Shown here: in pieces, positions 37,223-47,603 of the stretch | Layout: the number at the start of each line of letters is the position of its first letter | Position numbering within the stretch: position 1 is the first letter of the stretch | DNA from: Acaryochloridaceae cyanobacterium OTE_75_metabat_521 | Lineage (GTDB): Bacteria > Cyanobacteriota > Cyanobacteriia > Thermosynechococcales > Thermosynechococcaceae | Assembly (NCBI GenBank): GCA_031387975.1 | Contig: JANNDV010000008.1 | Coordinates: forward strand, 1-64,000 | Direction: 5' to 3' | DNA: 64,000 nucleotides | Made by a program: the position numbers and the translations under genes | Notes under the pieces: generated by a model | What the model saw: only the letters and a program-made list of their open reading frames with translations | Told to the model about the DNA's origin: nothing | The model's database searches: none

Positions 37223-38247
37223 TCTGTTTCCCCCGTCTGTATGTAATCGGTTTGGATGGTTTCTGCCATAGCGTCTGTTTCAATGGTAGATGCAGCCTCA
37301 ACAGCCGTTTCTTCGGTGGTGAGCTGTAAAAATACGTCCTCTAGGCTCGCGCCGACTTTCCGCATTTCATAAAGTCCCACATGGTCAGAGACTAACGCTG
37401 CGGCTAACTGTTTCCCAAAGTCTGCATTGGTTTCGGTACTTACTCGCAGCCTGTGGCGCTGTTCGGGTAGCTCATCGGCAGCAAGCCAGTGGAGTTCTTT
37501 GAGATCTGCCACACGCTGAAGTCGCTCGGTGATATAGCTGCGATCGCCCTCCACCTCTAGCTCATAGCGCATGCCGCCCGAGAGCTGAAGCATCAGGTCA
37601 TCGGGTGTCCCAGAGCTGACCACGCGACCTTTGTTAATAATGGCAACGCGATCGCAGGTCATACTTACTTCTGGCAAAATGTGGGTCGAGAGAATGACGG
37701 TGGTTTGCCCTGCCAAATTTTTAATCAGGTTGCGCACCTCAATAATTTGGCGCGGATCTAACCCAACGGTCGGCTCATCCAAAATAATGGCAGGTGGGTC
37801 ATGCACGATCGCCTGGGCAATGCCTACGCGCTGCCGAAAGCCCTTAGACAGCTTGCGAATGATCACCTTACGCTTTTCTTGCAGATTGCAGCGCTCAATG
37901 GCAGAAGTGATTTTAGTGGCGCGATCGCCCGCCGCAACGCCCTTAATACGAGCGACAAAGTTGAGATAGTCCTCAACGGTCATGTCTGTATAGAGCGGAG
38001 GCGTTTCGGGGAGATACCCAATGCGTTGACGCACCGCCATCGGGCTTTCATGAACCTCATAACCTGCCACTCTCGCCGTACCGTGACTGGCGGGGAGGTA
38101 CCCCGACAAAATTCTCATGGTGGTGGTTTTACCCGCACCGTTTGGCCCCAGTAACCCTAAGATTTCTCCAGGTTCCGCCTGAAATGTAACATCATTAATA
38201 GCAGTGGTTGAGCCATAGGTTTTGCTCAAGTGCTCAACATCAATCAT
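37219..38247 (-). CDS. ABC transporter ATP-binding protein
   Basis: Walker A GPNGAGKTT, signature LSKGFRQRVGIA, Walker B ILDEPTVGLD and H-loop STHIL. Confidence 0.85.
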   Translation of the reverse strand: MIDVEHLSKTYGSTTAINDVTFQAEPGEILGLLGPNGAGKTTTMRILSGYLPASHGTARVAGYEVHESPMAVRQRIGYLPETPPLYTDMTVEDYLNFVARIKGVAAGDRATKITSAIERCNLQEKRKVIIRKLSKGFRQRVGIAQAIVHDPPAIILDEPTVGLDPRQIIEVRNLIKNLAGQTTVILSTHILPEVSMTCDRVAIINKGRVVSSGTPDDLMLQLSGGMRYELEVEGDRSYITERLQRVADLKELHWLAADELPEQRHRLRVSTETNADFGKQLAAALVSDHVGLYEMRKVGASLEDVFLQLTTEETAVEAASTIETDAMAETIQTDYIQTGETE

Positions 38248-38379
38248 GATTTAACCCCAGTTATTTGACCTTAGCTGCTTGACCTAGCTGCTGTGGCTAC
38301 GTCCTTTCTACCACCATTGTGTCTCTGTGATCACATTTCGGAGAATGTCGTGGTTTCAATTTTGTCGGTCACGACCTAG

Positions 38380-39201
38380 ATGAACCTATCAAAAAAACAC
38401 GATCCGCATTGGCTGCACTGGCTAGAGACCTGCCCCAGCACCAACACTTGGGCGATACACAATGCAGCCCATCTCAATCATGGGGATGTTGTCTTTACCC
38501 AAAACCAAACGGCTGGCAGGGGGCAGAATGATCGGATCTGGCATTCCCCTGCTGGGGTATTGACCGCAAGCGTGGTATTAACGCAAATACCTTCAGCACA
38601 ACTCCCTGAACTCAGCTTGGCGGCAGGGCTTGCAGTCATTTATGCCGTTGAAGATTTGGTCATAGACCGTCAAAACGGCTTCCGCCTAAAGTGGCCTAAT
38701 GACATTCTATTTAATGGGCGTAAGCTGGCAGGCATTTTATGCGAAGCCAGCTCTCTTGGCGCAGAAGGTCGCGTTGTCGTGGGGATTGGACTCAACCGTT
38801 GTGTCGCGATCAAGCACGAAACGCTTGAGGCAATCTCTCATCAAATCGTGAGCCTCCATCAAATTTCGGCGACCGTACCCACCGAATTAGAACTATTAGA
38901 AAAATTTCGCAGCTATCTTATGCAGTTGGCGGGGCTACTGCGGTACAAAAATAATGGGCCTGATGATCAGGCCCATTATCAAACCCATTATCAAGCCCAT
39001 CATGGATTCAGCGCATTATTGCCCTCTCTGCGCAACCGAGACGCACTGAACGGGCAACCGATTACCCTAGCGGTGGGTCAGCAGAGCATTATGGGTCAGG
39101 CTGCGGGTATCAGCGATCGCGGTCATCTGCTGCTTCGCCTTCAGAATGGGGATATCCAGGCATTTGCCTCAGGGCACATCGTGTCTGATGGCTGCATTTA
39201 G
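38380..39201 (+). CDS. birA: Biotin--[acetyl-CoA-carboxylase] ligase (group I, no HTH)
   Basis: TQNQTAGRGQNDRIWHSPAG (GRGRxGR.W biotin-binding motif) and KWPNDILFNGRKLAGIL. Confidence 0.8.
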   Translation: MNLSKKHDPHWLHWLETCPSTNTWAIHNAAHLNHGDVVFTQNQTAGRGQNDRIWHSPAGVLTASVVLTQIPSAQLPELSLAAGLAVIYAVEDLVIDRQNGFRLKWPNDILFNGRKLAGILCEASSLGAEGRVVVGIGLNRCVAIKHETLEAISHQIVSLHQISATVPTELELLEKFRSYLMQLAGLLRYKNNGPDDQAHYQTHYQAHHGFSALLPSLRNRDALNGQPITLAVGQQSIMGQAAGISDRGHLLLRLQNGDIQAFASGHIVSDGCI

Positions 39202-40703
39202 ACAGACGCGAGCGCCGTTTCCCCTGCTGGTTTTAACCGATGCAGCGTCTGCTGTACCAAATGCTTAAACACCTCAAGCCGCTGATGTTGCCCAAAAACA
39301 CGCTGAACAATCTGCCCTAAAGTGCCGTTATCCAGCCGCCATCCAGCCTCAGCGGTACGATACACCTCAAACAGTTCAATCAGACTCAGTCCGGCAATGC
39401 GCGTAAAGTAGGCTGCACCCACACCCTGAATGCTTCCACCCACCATAAACGTCGCGGCATTGCCCTTTAATACAGCGCTTATCAGCTGACTCGAAGCTTC
39501 GACTAAACCCATCTGAATCATGATTTTGGCTAACACGCCAGCAATCTCCGTGGCACGATCTAACGAAAGCTGAATCTGATAGTTTTGGGCTAAATCCTGA
39601 ATCATTTTGCCCGTAATGGCAGCGGTTGCCACCATATCCAGGGACGGCAGTGGGTTTGCAAAGGCGGCTCCTGCTGCAATCCACTGGTAGCGCTCAATCA
39701 GGGGCACTGCGCGATCGCGCCGAATCTGGTTCAGCTCCTGCTGGATCTGTGTCTGTAATGCCAGCGTCTGCTGATGGGCACGCTGAAGCACGAGCTGCTT
39801 GACTTCTTGGGCTGCCACTTCCTGCATCTGGTCTAGCAACGGCTGAATCTGTGGCGGTGGCGTTTCCCAATGGTCTTCATACGCGCCATCGGTTTGATAG
39901 CGCCTTACCTTGAGGGGCTGAGGAGACGTGGAGATCGCCATTACATCTTTCGCCCCCACTATGCTCTGCACCCGCTGCTTAATTTGCGCCAATAACAGCT
40001 CGGCTTGAGCGGGTAAATACTGGTCTTGCTTATTGAGCAGCAGCAGCACCCGCTTATGCTGTGCCTGGATCTGCTGGAGTGCCACCCATTCACCCTGGGT
40101 TAAATCTCCCTGCACCACAAATAAAACAACATCTATATCACTAAGGGCTGCTGTACCGTCAGGCTGAACAGATTCTGCGGCAATCGCCTCAGATCCTGCC
40201 AGGCTCCACTGCATTGAATACGGTTCAGAGCACTGCTGGGCTAAAAGCTGCCGCAAAGTGGTTTTACCTACGGCGCGGGTGCCTACAATCTGAAGTTCTA
40301 GGGTTTGACGACTCAGGCTTTGCTCAATCTCTAGCAGCGTAGCGGCATAGTGTTCTCGTACCGTTTGCCCATCCAGAGATTCGGCCACAAGCTGTTCAAG
40401 CTGGGCTTGCGTTTGGGCGATCGTCTGTTTGAGCAGATCTAGCGTCAGCGATCGCACTACAGCCGAGTCCAGCACATCTGACGAGCGCCAAAACCGACGG
40501 ACTCCCCAGAATCCAGCGCCAGCCAGCCCAGCCCAGCTCAATAGCTCAATGGGTGAAGGCAGATGGGTCATACCGTAAGCTGCAAATGCTAAGCCTGCCC
40601 CACCCCAAACAAGAAGTCGTTTTGAAGATGGGGGCGAACCAAACCACTGCTGCATCAGATTTTGGGATAAAGGCGCTTGGGCAGACATAGCAGACTCAAC
40701 CAT
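39198..40703 (-). CDS. GTPase-domain protein with C-terminal DUF697-like region
   Basis: 501 aa. P-loop-like VGTRAVGKTTL and NKQD (NKxD G4 motif). The N-terminus has a TM pair. The C-terminus resembles YcjF/DUF697. Confidence 0.5.
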   Translation of the reverse strand: MVESAMSAQAPLSQNLMQQWFGSPPSSKRLLVWGGAGLAFAAYGMTHLPSPIELLSWAGLAGAGFWGVRRFWRSSDVLDSAVVRSLTLDLLKQTIAQTQAQLEQLVAESLDGQTVREHYAATLLEIEQSLSRQTLELQIVGTRAVGKTTLRQLLAQQCSEPYSMQWSLAGSEAIAAESVQPDGTAALSDIDVVLFVVQGDLTQGEWVALQQIQAQHKRVLLLLNKQDQYLPAQAELLLAQIKQRVQSIVGAKDVMAISTSPQPLKVRRYQTDGAYEDHWETPPPQIQPLLDQMQEVAAQEVKQLVLQRAHQQTLALQTQIQQELNQIRRDRAVPLIERYQWIAAGAAFANPLPSLDMVATAAITGKMIQDLAQNYQIQLSLDRATEIAGVLAKIMIQMGLVEASSQLISAVLKGNAATFMVGGSIQGVGAAYFTRIAGLSLIELFEVYRTAEAGWRLDNGTLGQIVQRVFGQHQRLEVFKHLVQQTLHRLKPAGETALASV

Positions 40704-40782
40704 AGAACTGGAGACATTGTCCCTGAAAGCGCGGCAATCTGACCAGGGTTGTAATACCCCTTCATGGATATAGCTAAAATGA

Positions 40783-40817
40783 AAAAAACCGCACCTGTTA
40801 ATTTAGGTGCGGTTTTT
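40783..40817 (-). terminator. Rho-independent terminator downstream of tRNA-fMet
   Basis: The stem is an 8-bp perfect inverted repeat, CCGCACCT with an 8-nt loop and AGGTGCGG. An A-run (+) and T-run flank it, so the minus strand reads hairpin plus TTTTTTT immediately 3-prime of the tRNA. Confidence 0.55.
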
Positions 40818-40822
40818 ATGGG

Positions 40823-40896
<74 letters not shown>

Positions 40897-41183
40897 TCGC
40901 TTTACTAAATATAGCGCACATATTCTAAAAGTGGGAATCTTTTTTAGAAATGAGCTGCCCAGCATTAACGCAGCCCACAAGAAACCGTAGATAACGTCTA
41001 GTTTTGAAGGCATTGAGCGTTTCTCCTCATTCAAAACTTAAATCAAATCGTCCTTGGAATCGCTGATCGCATCTGCGTTAGACTTTTTGTAGCAGAGTGA
41101 ACCAGGGGTGTGCAGCAATTGCCCCCCATCTTAGAGCCACGACCTGCTGCCTGCATCCAAACTGCTGATATTAGAGACTCAGA

Positions 41184-42365
41184 ATGCGCGTAATTTTAAT
41201 GACTGGCAAAGGTGGCGTCGGTAAAACCTCCGTCGCGGCTGCCACAGGCTTGCGATGTGCCGAACTAGGCTACAAAACCCTCGTCTTGAGTACAGACCCA
41301 GCCCACTCCCTTGCCGATAGCTTTGACCTACCCCTAGGGCATGAGGCCGTACAGATTAAGCCCAACCTCTGGGGTGCAGAGCTAGACGCGCTGATGGAGC
41401 TAGAAAGCAATTGGGGAGCTGTCAAGCGCTATATCACGCAGGTTTTACAGGCACGGGGATTAGATGGCATCCAGGCCGAAGAACTTGCCATTTTACCTGG
41501 AATGGATGAGATTTTTGGCCTTGTTCGCATGAAGCGTCACTATGACGAAGACCAGTACGATGTCCTCATTATTGATTCTGCCCCAACGGGTACTGCGCTT
41601 CGGCTGTTAAGCCTGCCAGAAGTGGGCGGTTGGTACATGCGCCGCTTCTATAAGCCCTTCCAAAAAATGTCCGTGGCGCTACGCCCCCTGGTTGAGCCAT
41701 TCTTTAGGCCGATCGCCGGATTTTCGCTGCCCGACAAAGAGGTGATGGATGCACCCTATGAGTTCTATGAGCAGATCGAGGCGTTAGAAAAAGTCTTAAC
41801 GGACAACACTCAGACCTCTGTGCGCCTAGTGATGAACCCCGAAAAAATGGTCATCAAAGAATCGCTGCGCGCCCATGCCTATTTGAGCTTGTACAACGTC
41901 TCCACCGATATGGTGGTTGCCAATCGGATTATCCCCGATCACGTCACTGACCCATTCTTTATGGGCTGGAAGGCTACCCAGACCATCTACCGCAAAGAGA
42001 TTCACGAAAACTTTCACCCGCTGCCCATCAAAGAAGTACCGCTGTTTCAAGAAGAAATGTGCGGACTGGCAGCCCTAGAGCGCCTGAAAGACATTTTGTA
42101 TGAGGGGGAAGATCCGGCTCAGGTTTACTACAAAGAAAACACTCTGCGCGTGGTGCAGCACGATAAAGAATACAGTCTTGAAATTTATCTGCCTGGAATC
42201 CCCAAAGATCAGGTTGAGTTAAGCAAGTCTGCCGATGAGCTAAATATTCGGATTGGCAACCATCGCCGGAATCTGGTCTTACCTCAGGCGTTAGCCGCCA
42301 TGCAGCCCGCTGGCGCAAAAATGGAAGACGACTACCTGAAAATTAGGTTTGCAGCCATGACTTAG
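41184..42365 (+). CDS. ArsA/GET3-family anion-transporting ATPase
   Basis: [17 protein letters not shown] deviant Walker A, DTAPTGH-like [12 protein letters not shown], and the DPAHSL motif. Confidence 0.8.
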   Translation: MRVILMTGKGGVGKTSVAAATGLRCAELGYKTLVLSTDPAHSLADSFDLPLGHEAVQIKPNLWGAELDALMELESNWGAVKRYITQVLQARGLDGIQAEELAILPGMDEIFGLVRMKRHYDEDQYDVLIIDSAPTGTALRLLSLPEVGGWYMRRFYKPFQKMSVALRPLVEPFFRPIAGFSLPDKEVMDAPYEFYEQIEALEKVLTDNTQTSVRLVMNPEKMVIKESLRAHAYLSLYNVSTDMVVANRIIPDHVTDPFFMGWKATQTIYRKEIHENFHPLPIKEVPLFQEEMCGLAALERLKDILYEGEDPAQVYYKENTLRVVQHDKEYSLEIYLPGIPKDQVELSKSADELNIRIGNHRRNLVLPQALAAMQPAGAKMEDDYLKIRFAAMT

Positions 42366-42589
42366 GAATGAGAATAAAATAACATGCAGGTTTTGTAGGG
42401 GCAGGTTTTTCCAATAAATCTAGGATTCTCCAATTCAGTATTAGCCAAACCTGCCCCTACGTACATGAGGGTTTTCTAAAAATTGGACTTTACTAAATTC
42501 ACGATCCTTCGTTCAAATTCAGTGCAAAACGGTGCTCTTTTTCAGCACCGTTCAGGTTTCAACTGTCAGTGAAACGATTGATGTTGAAG

Positions 42590-42766
42590 TTAGGCCGGAA
42601 ACATTTCGCTTTTTGCCATCGCCCTAACGGCGTTATCTTTCATCATGATGATTTGAGACAGATGGACGATCATTTCTTTCATCTGTTGAGGATCCATGCG
42701 CTCAACGGAACTCTCAACCAGTTTCATCTGAAACTGCTGCTCTAATGTCAAGTTGGATTTTTCCAT
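42590..42766 (-). CDS. nblA: NblA-like phycobilisome degradation protein (58 aa; below ORF-track cutoff)
   Basis: Translation: MEKSNLTLEQQFQMKLVESSVERMDPQQMKEMIVHLSQIIMMKDNAVRAMAKSEMFPA. The LSLEQQF N-terminal motif and the helix with MxKDN match cyanobacterial NblA family proteins of ~60 aa. The gene is intergenic and has its own start and stop. Confidence 0.55.
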   Translation of the reverse strand: MEKSNLTLEQQFQMKLVESSVERMDPQQMKEMIVHLSQIIMMKDNAVRAMAKSEMFPA

Positions 42767-42927
42767 GGTTTAACCGAGAAACTCAATTTGCTCTGCTTTA
42801 CCTTATGTTGCCCATCATAGCAAACTTTTGTTAAATATTGTTACCTTTGTGCGCAGGTGAGTTTTTGGAGCCAGACCCCAGGCTAGGGAAAAGAAGACGT
42901 GACCTAGGGGCTGGATTTTTGAGAACC

Positions 42928-44079
42928 CTATGAGAAGGGGACTTTAGAGAGCTTTTCTGGCTCTGAAGCAGTAGGCACAATTTCAATCGTGGTTTCTGGC
43001 TGTGGTAATGTCATCTGCGATCGCAGATTCATAAGGCTGGTCTTCGCAACGACCGCCATGGGCACCGCCACCACCACACCAATGAGTCCTCCGGTTTTTG
43101 CGCCCACCAGTACAGAAATAAAGACCCAAACAGGGTTTAGCCCTGTTACGCTGCCCAAAACACGCGGAGCCACTAGATTTTCAAGCACCTGCTGCACAAT
43201 CGCCGCCGCAATCAGAACCTTTAGCCCCAGCCAAATATTTTGGAGCGCCACCAGCAGCGTGACCGAAATAATGCCCACCGTCCCCCCAAAGGGAATCAGG
43301 GCCATGGTGCCAATGGTCAGGCCAAACAGGAGGCCAAAGGGTACTTTTAGCACCAAAAAAGTAGGAATTAGCGCGAAGGCCATGCAGCTACCCAAGATGA
43401 GCTGCCCAATGAAGTAGTTTTGAAAACTTAGGCGCAATAGATTAGAAACGCTCTTGCGTCTAGATTGGGGCAGCCACTCAACCAAGCTTCCCCATAGTTC
43501 GTCGCCGTGCTGCAAGAGGTAAAACGTCAGAATGGTGGTGATAAGAATTGCAATAGCAGATTCAAAGAGGCTGCTGACGGTGCCGAGGGTCAGATTGACG
43601 AGACTTTTGGTGAGGGACTGGATTTGTCCCTGTAGTCGATCGACAATCTGAGCGGTCATGCCGTCTAGGTTGAGATGAATGCCGCGTTCTTCGGCCTCCA
43701 TGCCCAGCACAATGAGCTGCTGACGACCGGATTCAATCCAGTCGGGCAGGCGCACTGCTAACTGCTGCACCTGGGCATAGGCAAGTGGAAACAGCGTGAT
43801 GCCTAGACCCAATAGCACCGAGAGTGCCAGCAAAAAGATAATGATAGAAGCAGGTTCGCGTTTAAGGTTGCGGTCTACACACCAGCTGACTGGATAGTTG
43901 AGCAAAAAAGCCAGCAGTGAAGCGACGATGATGATGCCGATGAGTGCGCCAAAAAATTTGGAAATGGACGCCACCGCCCAAAAGTTCAGCACCAATATAG
44001 GAGCCGACAAACCTATCATCAGAAGCCGCGCGGGAACTGTAAGTTGGTTCCACCACTGAAAATAGTTGGATCGATTCAT
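42928..44079 (-). CDS. AI-2E family transporter (second paralog)
   Basis: 383 aa and polytopic. Similar over the C-terminal half to 19597..20679 (…PRLVGSSIGLNPIWLIIALFIGGKVAGVLGLVIAVP vs …PRVLGSVTGLNPVWVFISVLVGAKTGGLIGVVVAVP). Confidence 0.7.
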   Translation of the reverse strand: MNRSNYFQWWNQLTVPARLLMIGLSAPILVLNFWAVASISKFFGALIGIIIVASLLAFLLNYPVSWCVDRNLKREPASIIIFLLALSVLLGLGITLFPLAYAQVQQLAVRLPDWIESGRQQLIVLGMEAEERGIHLNLDGMTAQIVDRLQGQIQSLTKSLVNLTLGTVSSLFESAIAILITTILTFYLLQHGDELWGSLVEWLPQSRRKSVSNLLRLSFQNYFIGQLILGSCMAFALIPTFLVLKVPFGLLFGLTIGTMALIPFGGTVGIISVTLLVALQNIWLGLKVLIAAAIVQQVLENLVAPRVLGSVTGLNPVWVFISVLVGAKTGGLIGVVVAVPMAVVAKTSLMNLRSQMTLPQPETTIEIVPTASEPEKLSKVPFS

Positions 44080-44120
44080 GGTTCGGTTTGACCGCGAATG
44101 ATGTCATTATCTCTATCATT

Positions 44121-45125
44121 TTACGGTTTTGTTGGGGGCATCGCCCGTGCCACAATAATGCCGATCGCATCTTTAACACGGCTGGTATAGGTTTGCAGGT
44201 CTATTGCTCGCCTTACAACGCCCCCTGGCGACGCATGGATAAAGCCCACGCCTCCATCGGAATGCCGTTCGGCAAAGCCCGTGTGGGTTACGTCTAGTCC
44301 TGGTTCTGCGGTGGCGATCGCTACAATATCCCCAGGCCGCAGTTGAGAATAAATGCGGTGGATCTGTGCGGTCGGAATATAAGTGAGGGGGAGGGTCTTG
44401 AGGTTTGCTTCGACCGACTGGATGCATCGAAAGGCTACGTCATCAGACTTAAGCTGCCCATAGCTGCTGCGGTGGGCAGACATAAAATTGAGGGTTTTGT
44501 TGAACGGTACACCGCCCAAGGTTGGGGTTAAGTTTGTGACTAAGCCCCGTTTTTCACCATCGGCAATCCAGTCGCTAAAGTAGTGCAGACGGCTACAGTA
44601 ATTTTGTAGTTGCCCGTTGCGATAGCGCTGAGCCTCTACCTGCTGCACAAAGTAAGCACTGGAGGGGGTGGGCTGAACGATGGTTCGGGCTAGAGCGACG
44701 ACGGCTTCAAGCAGCAGTACACAGTCAAACTGCTGTAGAGAAACGATCAACTGTTCCGTTGGGGTTTGATCCAGTAGCCCCGCTTTATATTCGGCACCCA
44801 AAAACTCAAGGGCGATCGCCTGAATTCCGTTTCCCATTGGTTTGGCGGAAAGTTTTTCTTGACGCGCCAAGGCCAAAATCTGATTCAGTCGAGTTTGATC
44901 GAGGGGCGAAAATTGAGCCAAAGGGCGAGCCAGTGCCACAGCACCATTCAAAGAAACCTTCGGGAACTTCAGCGTATGAGAAGGGTCTGGCTGAAACATC
45001 ACCTGTTTTGGAGCTGCTTTGAAAGCGACCGGATTCTCTTGATTAAGATTCAAAAAACACCATAAACTCCAAAGGCAGCCTGCTCCGGTAAGGCTCCCCA
45101 ACAACACTGAGTTCCAACGCCTCAT
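44121..45125 (-). CDS. Hypothetical secreted protein, possibly DUF1460/amidase-like
   Basis: 334 aa with an N-terminal signal peptide. The family assignment is tentative. Confidence 0.35.
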   Translation of the reverse strand: MRRWNSVLLGSLTGAGCLWSLWCFLNLNQENPVAFKAAPKQVMFQPDPSHTLKFPKVSLNGAVALARPLAQFSPLDQTRLNQILALARQEKLSAKPMGNGIQAIALEFLGAEYKAGLLDQTPTEQLIVSLQQFDCVLLLEAVVALARTIVQPTPSSAYFVQQVEAQRYRNGQLQNYCSRLHYFSDWIADGEKRGLVTNLTPTLGGVPFNKTLNFMSAHRSSYGQLKSDDVAFRCIQSVEANLKTLPLTYIPTAQIHRIYSQLRPGDIVAIATAEPGLDVTHTGFAERHSDGGVGFIHASPGGVVRRAIDLQTYTSRVKDAIGIIVARAMPPTKP

Positions 45126-45240
45126 AAGTTAAAAATTAAAAGTTAAAAGCTAAATGGTTACTGTTTTGGTAACTTCGTGACGGTCACCAATGGGTTTGTG
45201 CGATGTTCTTAGAACAGAATTCCCTAAATGTTATTGAACC

Positions 45241-46041
45241 ATGCAAAACCAATCTCTACGCCCCCTCTCTGTAAAGAACAATGTAGTTTCTACATGGAAG
45301 CAATGGTCTGTTGCTGCGATCACCACTGTCTGCACGTTAGGGTCCCTAGGGGTTAGCATGACACCCTTACCCGTTTTGGCACAGTCGCGTTTCCCTCAGC
45401 CCACCTCAGAAAGAATGTTGCGGACACTTACCGTTACAGGTCAATGCACCGAAAAAATTCCGTCAACCCTGGCCCAAGTCCAGCTTGGCGTTGAGGCTCA
45501 GGGCAAAACTGCCCAGCAGGTGCAGCAAGAAGTTGCCAGGCGCTCTAGTGCAGTGGTGGCGCTGCTCAAGTCTCGTAGCGTTGAGAAGCTGCAAACTACA
45601 GGCATTAACCTCAGCCCCCAGTACAGCTACGACAACGGTAAACAGACCCTGACGGGCTACCAAGCCAGCAATACTGTCAGCTTCCGCGTCCCGACGGGTC
45701 AAGCTGGAGTGATTATGGATGATGCGGTTAAGGCTGGAGCCAGTAAGATTGACAGCGTTTCGTTTGCGGCGACAGATCAGGCGATCGCCGATGCCCAAAA
45801 AGTAGCCCTTCGCAAGGCTACCCAAGATGCCCAAGAACAAGCCAAGGCGGTGTTGAGCGCACTCGGCTTTACCCCTAAAGATGTCGTTGGTATTCAAATA
45901 AATGGCGCTGAAACACCAGCACCCAGACCGTATTTGATGCTTCAAGGCAGAGCAAAGAGTGCAGATTCTGCTTCATCGACCCCTGTGGAGGCTGGAGAAC
46001 AGCCAGTGCAGGCTTCTGTTACGCTACAAATTAGCTATTAG
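45241..46041 (+). CDS. SIMPL/DUF541 domain periplasmic protein
   Basis: 266 aa with a signal peptide. The core RTLTVTGQ...VQLGVEAQGKTA...GYQASNTVSFRV is typical of the 26-kDa periplasmic immunogenic protein (SIMPL) family. Confidence 0.6.
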   Translation: MQNQSLRPLSVKNNVVSTWKQWSVAAITTVCTLGSLGVSMTPLPVLAQSRFPQPTSERMLRTLTVTGQCTEKIPSTLAQVQLGVEAQGKTAQQVQQEVARRSSAVVALLKSRSVEKLQTTGINLSPQYSYDNGKQTLTGYQASNTVSFRVPTGQAGVIMDDAVKAGASKIDSVSFAATDQAIADAQKVALRKATQDAQEQAKAVLSALGFTPKDVVGIQINGAETPAPRPYLMLQGRAKSADSASSTPVEAGEQPVQASVTLQISY

Positions 46042-46074
46042 ATCTGTTTCAAAAATGGAAACGATAACCATTTC

Positions 46075-46103
46075 GTAGGGGCGAAAGGTATGTGCGCCCC
46101 TAC
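46075..46103. terminator. Possible bidirectional terminator hairpin between convergent SIMPL gene and ssb
   Basis: GTAGGGGCG plus an 11-nt loop plus CGCCCCTAC, a 9-bp perfect stem. It is followed on + by AATTCGGTAATTTT. The termini GTAGGGGC/GCCCCTAC are shared with the palindromic element at 42394-42460. Confidence 0.35.
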
Positions 46104-46132
46104 AATTCGGTAATTTTGGGTCTAGAAATTAC

Positions 46133-46507
46133 CTAAAACTCTTCCATGTTGCTGGGTGCGTTTGCAGCTCCGGCCTCATTGTCTCGCTTAGAACCCAGCA
46201 AATCGAGACGATCGACGCGCACTACAGGCTGATTGCGATCCATGCCCGTGCTGCGATCTTTCCAGTGGTCAAACTTGAGGGACCCCGTAATGCCCACTAA
46301 GCTGCCCTTGCGGACATACTGAGCAGCAATTTCGGCATTTTTGCCCCATAGCTCTAAGTTAAACCAGTCGGGCTGGTCATTATTGCGGGTGCGACGATCT
46401 ACTGCCAGCGTTAACTTGCAAACCACGCTGCCAGATTCAAAATAGCGCACGTCGGGTTCTGTCCCAACGCGACCGACTAAGCTGACTACATTTAGACTCA
46501 TACCCAC
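46133..46507 (-). CDS. ssb: Single-stranded DNA-binding protein
   Basis: LNVVSLVGRVGTEPDVRYFESGSVVCKLTLAVDRR...WFNLELWGKNAE is an OB-fold SSB. The acidic C-terminal tail ends ...NMEEF (DIPF-like). Confidence 0.85.
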   Translation of the reverse strand: MGMSLNVVSLVGRVGTEPDVRYFESGSVVCKLTLAVDRRTRNNDQPDWFNLELWGKNAEIAAQYVRKGSLVGITGSLKFDHWKDRSTGMDRNQPVVRVDRLDLLGSKRDNEAGAANAPSNMEEF

Positions 46508-46689
46508 CTAATCTGGTTTACGCGTCAGATTTTACGCACAATTTCTTCCCTATCCTAAACTACGGTTTGCCTCTGAGGCTAAAGTCCTCAGGTGAATGAG
46601 CTACTTTATTGACCCAAAAGAACCTCGATTTTCATACCAGACGAGGATCTATTAAAAGCATTCCCGCTTGAAGCCACTCGTTGAAGCCA

Positions 46690-46977
46690 TTAGTTGAGGC
46701 GGGAGGCATCTCGTTCTAAAGTCCAGATGGCATAGGCTTTAGGCGTTTGAGTAATAACGCCATCGTTGCCGTTGTCATAAAGCCGACCGACGATGTCTAA
46801 AGCTTTATTGCGATCTGAGACGGTTTTAAAAAAGCTGTAGAGCTGAGAACCGAATGCGATCGCCGCCAGTCGCTCTTGGGTATCGCTGATCTGAATGTGG
46901 CAGGTTTGATAGTCTTCTTTGGTCAAGAACAGCTTACGTTTCATGGCTGACGCGGGGGACTGAAGGACTAAACTCAT
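46690..46977 (-). CDS. Hypothetical protein
   Basis: 95-aa ORF. No family. Confidence 0.35.
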   Translation of the reverse strand: MSLVLQSPASAMKRKLFLTKEDYQTCHIQISDTQERLAAIAFGSQLYSFFKTVSDRNKALDIVGRLYDNGNDGVITQTPKAYAIWTLERDASRLN

Positions 46978-47273
46978 AACTTCCTTATTTTGCTTGCTTT
47001 GCTGTGTGGCTGTGATTTAACTCGAATGAGGCGCGGAAGAAGCCGTGTAGTGTGGCCTCTCTATTAAGATATGTAACTTATTTTAATTTGAACACCGTAT
47101 TTTTGCTGAGATGTTTGCTGCGCTAAGGTTTTAGGCTTAAGACAAGATCAAGTGCTCAAGGGGGGATAGGGTGTGACATTTAGACCGAGATCGCCCATAC
47201 TAAAGGTGAGTAGCGCATCATAACTAGGTAATGCTGTGGCAATTTGAGCCGTTTTTTACCGTTTTAATGACCC

Positions 47274-47603
47274 ATGGCACAAATCCGAATTGTTGAAAGC
47301 TTTGATACTAGTTTTACCCTTAACCCTGAAGCGAAGGCTGCCCTATTTGAGCTTTTGCGGGGTGAAGTATTTTTGGGGCAGCTCACCGCACAGCTTCAGT
47401 GCAAAAGCGTCGAGTTTACTGAACTGCTCTTTCAGCCTGTTCCCTATAGTGCAAATACCCCCAAAGGAATGCCGTCGGAGTTTGAACCGTATTTTGAATC
47501 GGCTGATCACGCTATTGTGAATGTGCCGCCTAACTTTATGTTTAAAGCGAAGGTATTTAGCCCGAGCCGCCTCTGTGCGGTCTATCGACTGATCCAAAGC
47601 TGA
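47274..47603 (+). CDS. Hypothetical protein
   Basis: 109-aa ORF. No family. Confidence 0.3.
   Translation: MAQIRIVESFDTSFTLNPEAKAALFELLRGEVFLGQLTAQLQCKSVEFTELLFQPVPYSANTPKGMPSEFEPYFESADHAIVNVPPNFMFKAKVFSPSRLCAVYRLIQS

Noticed and set aside
42826-42845. NtcA binding site upstream of the nblA-like gene
   Set aside because: The minus strand reads GTAACAATATTTAAC (GTA-N8-TAA, one mismatch to GTA-N8-TAC). A TATGAT box follows, but the spacing is approximately 11 nt rather than the canonical approximately 22 nt. This is suggestive only and is not reported as a feature.
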